From: Octopus vulgaris
Taxonomy: Eukaryota
Reading direction: 5' to 3'
NCBI GenBank assembly: GCA_951406725.2
Contig: OX597814.1
Coordinates: 95,852,001-95,916,000 of the forward strand
Length of the DNA: 64,000 nt
The notes below the pieces were generated by a model. That model did no database searches and had not been told where the DNA came from. It saw nothing but the letters and a program-made list of their open reading frames with translations. Positions 36,910 to 50,100 of the stretch are shown here, in pieces. Position 1 is the stretch's first letter, and every line of letters starts with the position of its first letter. Made by a program: the position numbers and the translations under genes.

Positions 36910-37887
36910 TTAGCTAGCAAGCCACGCAGTTAGTTACTTTGGTGTCGAATCATTTGATTCCCTGTTGTAATTTACTGTTAGTCGCTTCGTGTAAGTCGCT
37001 TGTTGTTTAATTGTTGAATTATTGAATTGTTGAATTATTTTTAGTTACCTGTTATTTTTTGTTGTTTTCTTCCCCATTTATGGGTGAAGTTGTTGCTAAC
37101 AAAGTTATGGAGAGTCGACCAGTTACAGCAGGCAGTTATGCTGCAGTAAATGGGAAAAGTCTGACTATGGATATTTTACAAGAAAGAGAGATACAACAGG
37201 ATGAGACGAATTTAAGGAAATTCAACAAACTGATAGTGAAGGAAGGAGCCAGCCCGAGGCTGACCCCAACCAAGGGAATAATTGAGAATACAGAGAAAAG
37301 GACAGTAATCTATAGAACGCTGTCTATAGCTACCAAAAGGGCTGAAATAGCAATAGCGGAGGCAGTGGAGGATTGTTTAAAAGAAATTAAAAGCCTCACA
37401 ATGTTTTATACTAGAGGCAAGAAATATGGCACAGTGGAGGTTTGCTTCACGAACAAACAAGAAGCAATAAAGCACTCCACTGTGCCGTTGAGGTCATCTG
37501 AGTGGGTACTACTGCCAACCTACTGTGGCAAGCATGTGGCCAGAGTTAGGATTGGCAGAGTGCACCTGGAGATTGAAGAGGCGTGGCTGGTGGCAGCCAT
37601 ACTCTACAACACAGAAAAGGAGACAAAAATTCTCAAAATAACAAGAACAACAGAGGTAAACTGATGGGGATATGGCCTTGAGGTGACGGTCCAAATCAGT
37701 TTACCAGACCTTCACAAAATTGCAGAGGAAGTAGTGTTACCAGACAAGATGAAGCTAAGAGTGATAGTGGAGGGAAGACCTCCCATATGCTTTCAGTGTG
37801 GAGTACAGGGACACATGAAAGCTAAGTGTCCCCAGAAACAAGAAGAGGAGAGACAGGAAAAGATGAAGGATGTGAGAGAAAGGAAGA

Positions 37888-37890
<3 letters not shown>
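36910..37890 (+). mobile_element. Second Tx1/L1 copy: 5' UTR and ORF1 (one in-frame TGA at 37662), truncated at a (TA)n repeat
   Basis: ORFs 37059-37664 and 37683-37976 share a frame; SYAAV motif, [20 protein letters not shown] zinc knuckle. Confidence 0.8.
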
Positions 37891-37959
<69 letters not shown>

Positions 37960-38229
37960 ATATACTTGGAAATTGATGCGTGGTGTTCGTTCATATAATA
38001 TATAAATATATGCATATATACATATATATATGTACACACAGGCCTGTCTTGTTTCTCTGTTTGTTTCTTTCGTCGTTCGAAAAAGTTTGTTTTCTATGTT
38101 TTTATTTTTTATGTTCTCATTTCGTCTACGTTTTTTTATGTCCTGTACCTATATATGCATGTATATATACATATATATGTAGGTATGTACAAATATGTCT
38201 ATATGCATATATTTATACATTATTTATAT

Positions 38230-38261
<32 letters not shown>

Positions 38262-38263
<2 letters not shown>

Positions 38264-38636
38264 CTCTTAACTCTTTTACTTGTCTCAGTCATTTGACTGC
38301 AGCCATGCTGGAGCACCACCTTTAGTCGAGCAAATCGACCCCAGGACTTATTCTTTGTAAGCCTAGTACTTATTCTATCAGTCTCTTTTGCCGAACTGCT
38401 AAGTTTCGGGGATGTAAACACACCACCATCAGTTGTCAAGCGATGTTGGGGGGACAAACACATACACGCACACACATATATATATCTATATATATATATA
38501 AACATACATACATATATACAACAGGCTTCTTTCAGTTTCCATCTACCAAATCCACTCACAAGGCTTTGCTCGGCCTGAGGCTATAGGAGAAGAAACTTGC
38601 CCAAGGTGCCATGCAGTGGGAATGAACCTGGAACCG
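38262..38636 (-). mobile_element. SINE family A copy
   Basis: Highly similar to 31271-31644. Confidence 0.85.
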
Positions 38637-40964
38637 TGTATGGTGTGTCTGTATTATGATAATGATCATTCCTTCCTGGAGGTGAGGGCTTCCATCGTCT
38701 ACAGAACCTAAGAGCAATATTGTAGAGAGCCCGCAGCTGTGTGGTTCAGAAGTTTGCTTCCCAAACACATGGTTCCATGTTCAGTCCCACTGTGTGGTAC
38801 CTTAGGCAAGTGTCTTCTACTGTGAGTAGATTTGGTAGATGGAAGCTAAAAGCAGCCCATTGGATATATGTATATATATACATATATATATATGTGTGTG
38901 CGTGTGTCTGTGAGTATAAGTACACTTGTGTCTCCTTGTCTTGGCACAGTGTGGTAGTTGTAAATGAGTGTCACTGTCATGCAAGCAGTGTTGTTCATTC
39001 TAATATTCTGCAAAAACATGTCTGACTACGAGGAAATATTTACCTTGCTTGGAAACAGGTATGGACTGGCAACAGGACAAGCATCTGGCCATAGAAAATC
39101 TGCCTCAATAAACTCCATTCAACCCATACAAGCATAGAAAAATAAACTTTAAAACAATGATAATGATATTTATAAATATGTGTATACATGTATGGATTTG
39201 GATGTTGTGCAGTGCACTGATATATGTGTGTAAGTGCATGCATATGCAACATTACTCATACATTATATACACACATGATATATGATAGCAGTTAATCTGT
39301 CTGACTTGAGTTGAGTCCAGTGATGGAAATGGGTTTTAAGAGCTGGGGATAGGTTAAGGTCTGTTAGGGTGAGGTTGGTAAGGTGGAAGAATGGGTACCA
39401 TCACCTCCAGCTGAAAAGTACAGAACATTGTCCTCCTACATACACTTATTGCCATCACTGAGTTTCACCAACTTACAAATGAAAATAAAAACAATAGCTT
39501 TCAAAATCTCTAAATGTCACTGGAAGACACGATTATGAAGAAACCTTACCCATACATGGGCACAGACGTGGCTGTGTGGGAAGAAGCTTGTTTCCCAACC
39601 ACATAGTTCTGGGTTCAATTTCACTGCATGGCACCTTGGGCAAATGTTTTCTACTATATCCTCAGGCTGACCAAAATCCTGTGAGTGGATTTCGTAGACA
39701 GAAACTGAAAGAAGCCTGTCATATATAAATATATCTATGTTTGTGTGCCTTTGTGTCTGTCCCCAACCACCACCTGACAACTGGTGATGTTGTGTTTACA
39801 CCAATAGAATAAGTACCAGGCTTAATAAAAAGTGCTGGAGTCGATTCATTTGACTAAAAAATTCTTGAAGGTGGTGCTCAAGCATGGCCACAGTCTAACA
39901 AACAAAACCGGTAAAAAATACATAGAAAGAACGAAGAAATAACAACCATTTCAGCTGAAATACATAGATAATAGAATCAAACAAACACAAAGTTATTTAC
40001 AACTCAAATCTTCAACTTTATCACCTTAGTAATAATTCCTTACATATCTTCCTTAGTGTAAAAAAAAATAAAACCAAAAGTCAAAAATCCTTCTTACAAC
40101 CAAAGACTACTACTATTTACCTTTTTTACCATTCACTAGATTTTACAATGCCACCGGGGTCATTTTAAGAATTTTATACGAGAAATTTTATTGTATTCAT
40201 TTCATCTGTAAAAGTTTTCTACAGAATGTTTTATACTTTTCTGCACATCGATATATTCCAATATGCAGAATCTATTAATTCCTGCCAAGTTGTTATTTAG
40301 AATTACACGGTAATCCCGACTGAATGTATAGAGAAGCAGGCTTTAAACCTTTAGCATTCACATTATTCGGTCAAAAGTAATGCTTATTAATTCATATTAT
40401 TTTTAATTATTTACGAATTATTTTGTAGCTCTGAGATTTTGATGAGGTAGCTGGTAATTTTTTAAATGATATTGTAGGGTTAGTGTGAGAGGCCATATCT
40501 GGACAGTTCAAACATAAAACAGGTAGAGTATTTTGGCCAGATATGACTGGTTTAAAATGCTAAAGGATTAAATATTACACTTGCTTGAGAATCAGGAATG
40601 AAAAACTCCAAGCAATAACTCACATATACTTGGCTTTGAATAAATGTTATCCTATGGTGCCTAACAGTATTGTGTACTTTCTTTTACACAAAAATGAATT
40701 TCACATTTAGTGTGTGTGAGAGAGAGAGAGAAATGCAATTTACTAATCTCAAGATATTGCATGAATATGAAAAGCTCTCCTAAAAACTGTTTCAACATAA
40801 TTTCCAATATACTAAACTTGTTTTTAGATTAATTCTATAAATATACTAAAAGCCTTATTAGCAGTGCAGCAGAAAGAAGTTTTTTTGAATACATTTTCAT
40901 ATTTTGGTGATAATAGAATAAATATTTAATATATTAACTCATTCATCATAGAAAACCATTTGTG

Positions 40965-41129
40965 TCAAGATACATATTTGATTATTTTAGGGTTTTGACT
41001 TTTGATACATTCTGGTCCATAGATACTTTTTGTTCTTTTAAGAAAAGATTTCACCATTTGCTTGACCACTTCATCAAAAAACAATGTTGACAGTTGAGAG
41101 TGTAATGCTGATCGGAATTCAAAAGACAC
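40965..41129 (-). CDS. COQ10B: COQ10 last coding exon
   Basis: ctgtag|[40 protein letters not shown]...KYVS then TGA. Confidence 0.95.
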   Translation of the reverse strand: MSFEFRSALHSQLSTLFFDEVVKQMVKSFLKRTKSIYGPECIKSQNPKIIKYVS

Positions 41130-44100
41130 CTACAGAAAGCAGAAAGAAATTAACATAGAAGTTAGCTTCATTTAAAAATTGAAAAAAATATTTGGAACAA
41201 ATTTAAATTGCTAATTAGATACTATTTTAAATCTGTATATGTATAAGGATCAGTATGAAAAGTATACTAATATGAAAAGAAGCTGGTAAAAATATTGAAG
41301 AGTAATGCTAGTTATTACAAAATTAAAGATGTATATTATCTGTGTGACTGAAATTTTACAAAATATGTTCATAAAAGCATAAATCTGTTTGAATACTAAC
41401 TGCAAAGTCAAGTACACAAGTGTTTTCATTATTTGGTAAACCGGGCCTAAATCGCCATGTTGTTTCCAATAAATTAAATAGCTTGCCGTTTGTGCATTCA
41501 GACTGAAATAATAAATGTGAAATTTATTCATTCTTGCAAATTGAAGCATTTTATTAAAGATATAAAACTGTATATTTATAATAAAATAATAATGAAATTA
41601 TTGTATACAGTGCTCAGGTGCACCACAACTTGTCAGAAAGTGCATATAAAGTACATGCAGTAATGTAGAAATGTCTGGAAAGCGAACAATGTATGAGTCA
41701 GATACATGCTTGTGTGTGTATGGAGGGGAGAAAATTATCTTAAATTGAACTTAAGCTCTAATTTAGTTTAGAGGTACAGTAAATATTACAGATTAAAAAT
41801 TAAATAATCATAGATGGAGTTTAAAAATATCAACAGAAAGCATATCAACAGTAAGCATATCTAGTCTTTTGACTTCAAGAAGATATTTGATAGAAGCAGA
41901 CATGCCAAAGTAAGGGAGATAATTAAGAAGTTAGATTTAAATAATTGCTTCATTAGAATTGTTGAATCAGGAATAGTAACACAATCAGATATTTAAATTT
42001 TGGATGGTTGTTTTCAAAGTCCTAATCTTAGTAATTGACTTTCTACTTATGTTTTTAAAGAGTTAACACTTGAATTAAGGATTATATCAAGAACTGTCCC
42101 AATCTTAGTAATTGACTTTCTACTTAGGTCTTTAAAGAGCTAACACTTGAATTAAGGATTATATCAAGAACTCAATATACACAGTCAAGGAATTTCAGAA
42201 GCTTAAAATTCACAATGGTTATGTTATAAGCTTTTATGTCATATTTGAATGAGTTCTACAGCAAATATGATTTTGCAAAAATATTTCCATTTTCTCTGTA
42301 TTTTGTGCTTTCATATCTTAAACTAATTTCAATTGGTTTTGCATTCTCACTCTGAGAATGGAGAAAGCGAATTAGATGAGGTTTTGAGAATATATCACAA
42401 AGGTAGAAGTATATCAAAGCAAATGAAATTTAGAGAAAAAGTAGAAGGTACACATCTCTTTAAGTATAAAATATGTAAACCCATTTTCAGGTGAGAAAAT
42501 TATTAATGAGTTTTAAATTTTTATTGAAATTTTAATTTAAGTAAATACATTTTATAAAATGTGAAAAACCTTTTAATAAGCAAAACTATTTTCTGTAAAA
42601 CAAATATAACATTAAAATTATTGAATATAAACATACCTTCACTAAATGTGGCTTAGCTAAAGTCACTACAGATGTGTACTGCTCTATAAGTGGAGGAAAA
42701 CCAATCTGTAATTTTGCTTTAAAGTGGTTTGGCAGCCTATGAAATATAACAGCCTTTGTACACCAAGGAACAAACTCAGGATACCTTTCGACATCTGCTA
42801 CAACTGTGTATATTTGTTCCATTGAATAGCTGTAAAAGAAACCAAGAAGCTATGACTTTCTGCATCAGTTTTCCTGTTGGGCAGCAGAAGTATTGAAATG
42901 TTACACTAAATGCTTTATAGTATTTAGTTCTGATCTTCTGCATTCTGAGTCTAATAACTATCAGGGTTAACTTTGCCTTTCATTCTTTGGGGTTTGACAA
43001 GGTGAGTTCCAATGTGCCAATGTTAAAAATCAATATAAATAATACTAATACTATTCTAGTAATTATTCTATTGGCCTATTACTGCTGAAAGAAGTAAAGC
43101 AATAGAGCTAGCTGAGTTACTGGAAGGACGCTATGAATGCAATTTCAAAAATATATTTTTTTAGATTCCATACTAAATCTGTTGCTTACAGCATTCCTGT
43201 ACATGGAATGCATAACTCTCACAGTCCATTTACTTCATTTACACCTAGTTTCCCTATCATCCAACATATTACAAAGTAAGAGGCTATCAAAAGCTATCTT
43301 AGAGGGACAAATGCAGTGTTAAGCTGTTGTTCCAACCCTTAGAGAAAAACACAAACAATATCTTATCCACATTAATCCTATTCCAAACTAATTTTACTAA
43401 AATCTTCTCACAACTTCAATTTTATGCTTTCAAAAATGCACCTCAGCAATGTCTCTCCTTTGTCCTTGTAGCCATTGATGATACAGCTATGCCAGTCTTT
43501 AGGGGATAGAACATTCCTGTACTACTTGATTTAACTAAATAACTAACTAGCCTTAAGCCTTCAGCATCTCAGCAACTATTCTTGTTGGAGTTGTTGCTAC
43601 ACTGCCTTCATTTCTTTAATCACTTTATTAACCCCAAAATGACAGTTTCACTGGTAGGGAATGGAAACTATAACTTCTACTCAGAATCTTAAATATCTAT
43701 AAGGCTTTTATCTATGATAGAAGTAACCTTTTCTTTCAGATGAACTAAATTTTACCTTTCAAAGAAGATAAAATTTATTTCATCTTTTCATAGCATTTTA
43801 AATAATGAACTACAGGAGATGAAATCTGAAGGTAAATGTTAATTCTATCATAAGAAACAATGATTTTATTAGTTACAAGAAAAGAATTTGTTAGAACATG
43901 TACACCTCTGTAGATCTGTATGTGCTAACAGCATTAATTTCAAAATAAGTTGGGTAAACTTTTATCAGTCATTCGTCTACAGTATATGCTCTGAGGATAT
44001 CAAATGTTTTCATGAAACTGAATTAAAATAACTCTCACAGTCCATTTACTTCATTTACACCTAGTTTCCCTATCATCCAACATATTACAAAGTAAGAGGC

Positions 44101-44939
44101 TATCAAAAGCTATCTTAGAGGGACAAATGCAGTGTTAAGCTGTTGTTCCAACCCTTAGAGAAAAACACAAACAATATCTTATCCACATTAATCCTATCCC
44201 AAACTAATTTTATGCTTTCCATCTCATTTGTGATATTCACATCAAAATTGTAAAAATTATCCAACAAAAAATTTCCTAGATTCTAATTTAAAATAAACAT
44301 ATTACTTGCCCAAGAAGTCTTCGTTCAGAATATTCCTTTCGCCTATTGTTGAAATTTGGCAATGTAAACAGTTCTCTTTTTTCTTGTCTCCATGGCCTAA
44401 GTTTAAATAAAATCTTGAAACATTATAAATTACATTATGTCTTTATACTGAAACTGAGAAGTAGAAACAAACATAAAACAAATGATTAGATTATATCTGT
44501 TGTAATTGGTAAATTCTATGTAGTATTGTCTGGGATGTTTAATAGCTAAAGAGGAAATAGCTGATGATATTTGACTGACAATTACAAGAGAGACTATAGA
44601 CTATTTAGAAAACATGCTGAATTTTAGAAAAGCTTAGAAAATGAATGGAGATTGACACCTCAATAATGTTATTCAAATTATGAGTGGTTGCTGTTGAAAT
44701 ATATTCTTAAGACATGAAATGCAAATACTAAAAAAAAAAAAAAAACAGTACAAAGTGTTATGTTTCATGTTATTATATTAATTCTTAAATTGGTCTGAGC
44801 TCACACTCCAGTTTAGAAGAAAAAAAATGTGTTAATTATACTTCTTTTACCTGTGTAAAATTTGTCCATTGCGAAAAACTTTTAGACAGGATTGTCTCAT
44901 ATATCTAGACAAATGATGTGTCCGGACCATTAACTCCAT
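40965..44939 (-). CDS. COQ10B: Coenzyme Q-binding protein COQ10 (START domain), mitochondrial; 5 coding exons, 211 aa
   Basis: Exons 44939-44851, 44396-44310, 42829-42637, 41502-41401 and 41129-40965 total 636 nt. Motifs [63 protein letters not shown]; Arg-rich presequence-like N-terminus. Co-orthologue of COQ10A/B. Confidence 0.93.
41401..41502 (-). CDS. COQ10B: COQ10 coding exon 4
   Basis: tttcag|[34 protein letters not shown]|gttagt. Confidence 0.95.
42637..42829 (-). CDS. COQ10B: COQ10 coding exon 3
   Basis: ttacag|[24 protein letters not shown]...PHLVK|gtatgt. Confidence 0.95.
44310..44396 (-). CDS. COQ10B: COQ10 coding exon 2 (GC donor)
   Basis: ttag|[31 protein letters not shown]|gcaagt. 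Confidence 0.85.
44851..44939 (-). CDS. COQ10B: COQ10 first coding exon (exon starts at 44993)
   Basis: Poly-T acceptor at 44994-44995, in-frame upstream [34 protein letters not shown]|gtaaaa. Confidence 0.75.
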
Positions 44940-45052
44940 ATTTGTGTCATATTGGTCAATCGCTATCACAGATACTTATATATTATGACATGGCTAAAAA
45001 AAAAAACAGAAACAATAGTTAAAAAAATCTTGAAAAACATTACTATTAATAT

Positions 45053-45810
45053 AAGGTCGTCCCGTAAATAATGTCTGAAATATCTTATATGTAATTTCTA
45101 TTAAATTTTACAGTATTTTAAAGTGTCAAATGGTATTGATTGATACTCATATGAATTTGGAAACCTTTAACTTAATATAATTTCTTTTTGCAGAATAATC
45201 TGACTGAATTAATTACTAATATTAACCCCTCAAAGATGGACGTATCGAAGGAGCATTTAAGGCACATAATGCTTTTATGAGTTTAAAAAGGGAAACAGTG
45301 CAGTAGAACCAACCTGAAATATTCATTCTGTTTGTTGGGAAGAGTGCTTGAATGAAAGAAGTTGCAGAAGATGGTTTGAAAAGTTCAAAAATGGTAATAG
45401 AAAACCCTGTTGAATTTGATGATGAGCTTCTTTTGTCAGAGTTTGAGAAATATTATGCTGCGTTAGTTGAAGAATTGGAGAGTAAGCTCAGTTCAAGTCA
45501 TTCAACTGTTCACCACCATCTTCATCAGCTTGGAAAGGTGCCCAAACCTGGAAAATGGATTCCCCATAATTTGACAGTAGCTAACTGAAAATCACTAGTG
45601 AACATCTGCTCAACTCTTCACTCTTGTGAACATATCTCACCATTTTTGGACAGATTAGTGACAAGTGGTGAAAAATGGATTTTTTATGAAAATGTTAAGT
45701 GGTACAGGTAACAGCTTAGTAGTGGAGAACGAGCTAAACCACAACCCCAAAAGGACCTTCATGCAAAAAAAGTTCTTCTTCCTGTTTGGTGGGATTGTAT
45801 TGGAGTCACT
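45053..45810 (+). mobile_element. Degraded mariner transposase, antisense within a COQ10 intron
   Basis: EHLRHIML...FKKGNSA, RRWFEKFK, GKWIPHNLT (WVPHEL), LVTSGEKWIFYEN, LHAKKVLLPVWWD. Confidence 0.85.
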
Positions 45811-47584
45811 GCGTTCTTTTTTTAAATTCCTCCTGGTTTGTTACTTATGTAGGCAACTGGAAATAAAATTATTGCTATGTTAAGTGTTTTAAGTGGTTGG
45901 AACTTTAAGGAACTCCTACTTTTACTAATGAGAAATTCCCTCTCTCTCTCTGTATGTCACATAAAATGTGTGTTAAGAGTATGATTCAGTTCAGTTATAG
46001 AAAAGATTCACAGCAGCTCGACAAAATTGATACATTTCAATTAGATGTACTTTAAACATTACATTTGAAATAGAAGCAGTTTATTTGTTACTATTGACTG
46101 TGTTGATATACATTGCAGCTTAATTGATTTCCCATTCCTTAAGCAGTTAAAAAACATCTCTCTTCCTGGACAGGGGTCAGTATATATTTTAACCCTTTAG
46201 CATTCATATTACTTTGTCAAATATAATGTTATGTTATTCACATTGTTTTGAATTAATTATGCATTATCTCATAGTTTTGATATTTCACTGATGTAATTGT
46301 TTATTTTTAGAATGATATTGTTGGGTAGATGTGAGAGGTCAGATCTGGTTAGCTTAAACATAAAACAGATAGAATATTTAGGAAGGATATCACCTGGATC
46401 GACCAGGCTGTCTGGTGCTGAGTCGGCTCCACTGGCCACAGCATTTGCTCCAATCCCCTTGTGCTCTTGCCATTTTCCTCCATGTTGCCCAAACATTTTT
46501 CTTAAATCGTCTTCCCACCTGACTGGAGGTCTTCTGAGTGGTCTCTTCCACTCGCATGGGTACCAATCGACAACTGCATGGGTCCACCAATTGTTTGCAA
46601 ACTTTGCAACATGACATGCCTATCATAGCTGGATATGGCTGGTTTAAATGCTAAAGGGTTACGGTGTATTTTTAATAAGTCGATTTAAATTAGCATTAAA
46701 TGCTAAAAACATTTGTTGAGAACACAATGCTCCTATTGCTTGAAGTATTGATTATACCTAACATAGCACAGTAAAAATCATAGGACACAAAACATACACA
46801 CTTTGGAAAGTAGGTCTCTGCTCTAACAACTTGACTAGCTATTGTTCTGAGAAATACTAAATATGATTATGGTGTAGAATTAGCTGTAGAAATATCATAA
46901 TTTGGGATGGTAGTTCAGTTTAATAGCTAGAAACCTCTATCTGCATCTGAATGTGCTGGCTTGGGTTTTTTATTTTATTTCAGTGGAAAAAAAAGAAGGT
47001 ATTAACTAACAAACCAGGAATTTTTTAATAAATAACACAGTGGTCTATAATCTATATATGCAAAATCTCCTCTCTTCACAATATCAATGTACAAGCGAAA
47101 GGCCTCCAGTTTCAGGTCAATACAATTTGCCACTAGTGTTGTCTGCAGAATAGAAAAGGCCGAAACAACAGATACTGCAAAACATCTCATCCAACATTTT
47201 AACAGTTCAGTTTATGCACTGTCTTGGATTGATACATTTTATTGACCCCAAAAGGATGAAAGACAAAGTTGACCTCACCAGGATATGAACCCAAAGCACA
47301 GAGAGCCAAAGCAAATATCTTTTCTTCTATTGATACAGGGCCTGAAATTTTAGTGGGGGTGGCTAATCAACTACAACAATCTCAGTGTTCATCTGATACA
47401 TATCTTATCAACCTGGAAAGGATGAAAGACAAAGATGATCTTGGTAGAATTTGAACTCAGAACATAAAGCTAGCAAAATTCTGCATAGTATTTTGTCCTG
47501 ATTGCAATTTTGTTTACCTTTAAAAAATATAACTTTTTTTTCCTCTGTTGATTAAACTTTTTTGTTTCTTATAATTAACATCGA

Positions 47585-48386
47585 TGTGGTGTGCAAGAGA
47601 GACGACTGCGCTGGTATGGTCATGTGTTGCATATGGATGAGGATAGCTGTATGTAAAAGTGTCACACCCTAGCAGTAGAGGGAACCTGTGGAAGAGGTAA
47701 ACCCAGGAAGACCTGGGATGAGGTGGTGAAGCATGATCATCGAATGTTGGGCCTCATGGAGTGACTGAGACCTTTGGAGATACGCTATGCTTGAGAAGAC
47801 CTAGCAAGCCAAGTGAGACTATAACTGTGGCCCATGCTAGTGCAGCATAACTGGCCCATTTAAGAGTACCCTTCAACCATTGGGCAATAAACTGTGTTTG
47901 CGAAGACCTGTTGAGTCAAGTGAAGTCATTGTTATAGCTGATGCCAATACAGCCTGACTGGCATGTAAAAAGTACCATTCGAGCGTGGTCGATGCCAGTG
48001 CCACCTGACTGTCCTGTGCTGGTGACACATAAAAAGCCCCATTCGAGCATGGCAATTGCCAGAGCGGCCTGAGTGGCTCCCGTGCTGGTGGCATGTAAAA
48101 AGTACCATTCGAGTGTGGGTCATTGCCAGTGCCTCCTGAGTGGCTCCCATGTCGGTGGCACGTAAAAAGCAGCATTTAAGCATGGTCGATGCCAGTACTG
48201 TCTCAGTGGCTCTTGTGCTGGTGGCACGTAAAAAACACCCACTACACTCTTGGAGTGGTTGGTATTAGGAAGGGCATCCAGATCAGATTGGAGCCTGGTA
48301 CAGCCTTCTGGCTTGCCAGTCCTCAGTCAAACCGTCCAACCCATGCCAGCATGGAAAGCAGATGTTAAATGATGACGATGATGATG
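47585..48386 (+). mobile_element. RTE LINE 3' end with internally repeated 3' UTR and (GAT)n tail
   Basis: ERRLRWYGHVLHM...EGTCGRGKPRKTWDEVV; tandem ~55-60 bp units (ggcatgtaaaaagtaccattcgag). Confidence 0.85.
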
Positions 48387-49898
48387 AATGTATTTCATTC
48401 CACTAAAACATGTAAGGTTTGTTCCAATAAACTAATCTTGTTATAAATATCAATTTAAGTGGTGAAGATTGTATGGGAATGCTGTAAGATAAATGAAGAC
48501 CTCAGGTTCTAAACCTCAGTTCCATCTTAAGACATGGAGATACTGAGCAATTGCCCAGGGGTCGTATGAGTCTAGGGGTCCAATTATGATCTATGCATGT
48601 TGTAGCTTGCTGTCAATAAATATATACTATAGGACCAGTGCACTGATTTCCCTGGGTAATATAAGTATAATGCTGCCAAGACAGTCCTGCTTAACATCAT
48701 CATCATTGTTTTACATCAGTTTTTCCATGCTGGGTGGACTGCGTGGTTTAACAGGAACTGGCCAACTGGAGAGCTGTCCAGGTTCCAATTGTCTGTTTTG
48801 GCATGGTTTCTATGGATGGATGTCCTTCCTAATGCCAACCACTTTACAGCACGCTGGGTGCTTTTTACATGCCACCAGCATGGGTATAACTATGTGGCAC
48901 TGGCACGAGTGCATTTTATATGGAATCAACATGGGTGCATTTTAAGTGGCACCAGTACCTGCAAGACAAAGATTTTTCAGCTGGGAAAGGGAGTGGGGGC
49001 ATGGCCATAAAAGACATGCCTGTATGTATGGATGGCTGCGAGTTTACTCAGCTTAAAACTCCATCAAAGCTAATTTTCTCTTCTGGAATTGATAAAATAA
49101 GTAACAGTAAAATATTTTGTCAAGGAATTAACGTTCCAAACATTGTTACAAATTGGCCTTCTATTGAATCAAAGAGAACTTTTCATTAGATTTTTTAATA
49201 ACAAACGAAGTAGAAAGTTTTCTGTTTAAAACACATGATCCGAGTAAATTTAGGGCTTTATTACTAGTGGAATCAGTCTTGTGGTATCATACGACCAATT
49301 CACTAACAATCATTTACGTTCTAAGTTCAAATTCAGGCAGGTCAACCTTAGTCTTTCATCCTTATAGGAGTAATAAAATAGTGTGAATATGTGCGTATGC
49401 ACTATATATATAATCGATTATAACTTCCTCCAAAACCTGTTGCCCTCCGCATATGTTAGAAATCAACATTACTATCATTATTAAACAGGTTTTGGTCGGT
49501 TGATTCAGGTTAATTGCGGACGAAAAAAAAAAAAATCAAGCTTTCATTCTACTGACATTAACTATAGTTAAAAAAAAAAAAGATAACGTCTAGAGAGAAA
49601 TTAACAGGCAAATCCTTAAAACTTGGTAATAAAGGGTTTTACTTTCGAAGACGATATTGTATAGGTATACCGATCCAGCCTTCAGTGGCGTTACAGTGCA
49701 AAAATCGGAGATTCGAATGAACAGGATACCTATTTGCTAACTAACTAAATGTTTAATCAAAAGAAATCCTCATTTTTATAAATTTATGTGACTAAGATTG
49801 ACGCCAATTTTAGCTTATATTGATTATGAAAAGCATAAATTGAGAGAGGAAGTAATTTACAAAAACTATTAAAAGCTTGTGTAAACAAAACTACTTAC

Positions 49899-50100
49899 GT
49901 TACGTAATCATACCCAATATATGCCATAAGAATTAAAGTGTTGAAAGTAAACTGTAGCGATATTGGTCGCAAATAGTGATTTCACAAAGATCACAAATGA
50001 TAGGTTGGTGAAAATGGTTTAATATTATACAGTTTCAAGAACTGTCAACTCAAAAATAACAAGTTTTGAGACAGAGTTGAAACTCAAGAAAAGGAGAAAT
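49899..50100 (-). other. Candidate COQ10 5' leader exon
   Basis: Consensus gtaagt donor at 49898 in a CpG-richer region; the 5' boundary is a guess. Confidence 0.45.

Noticed and set aside
37662-37664. In-frame TGA in Tx1 ORF1 as selenocysteine or readthrough
   Set aside because: Best explained as TGG to TGA decay in a truncated retroelement; no SECIS seen.
47002-47190. 62-aa minus-strand ORF as the COQ10 N-terminal exon
   Set aside because: No COQ10 similarity or compatible phase; exon 44993-44851 supplies a better start.
47930-48240. Regularly spaced ~55-60 bp repeats resembling a CRISPR array
   Set aside because: Whole-unit degenerate tandem repeats in an RTE 3' UTR; no unique spacers or cas genes, and the context is eukaryotic.
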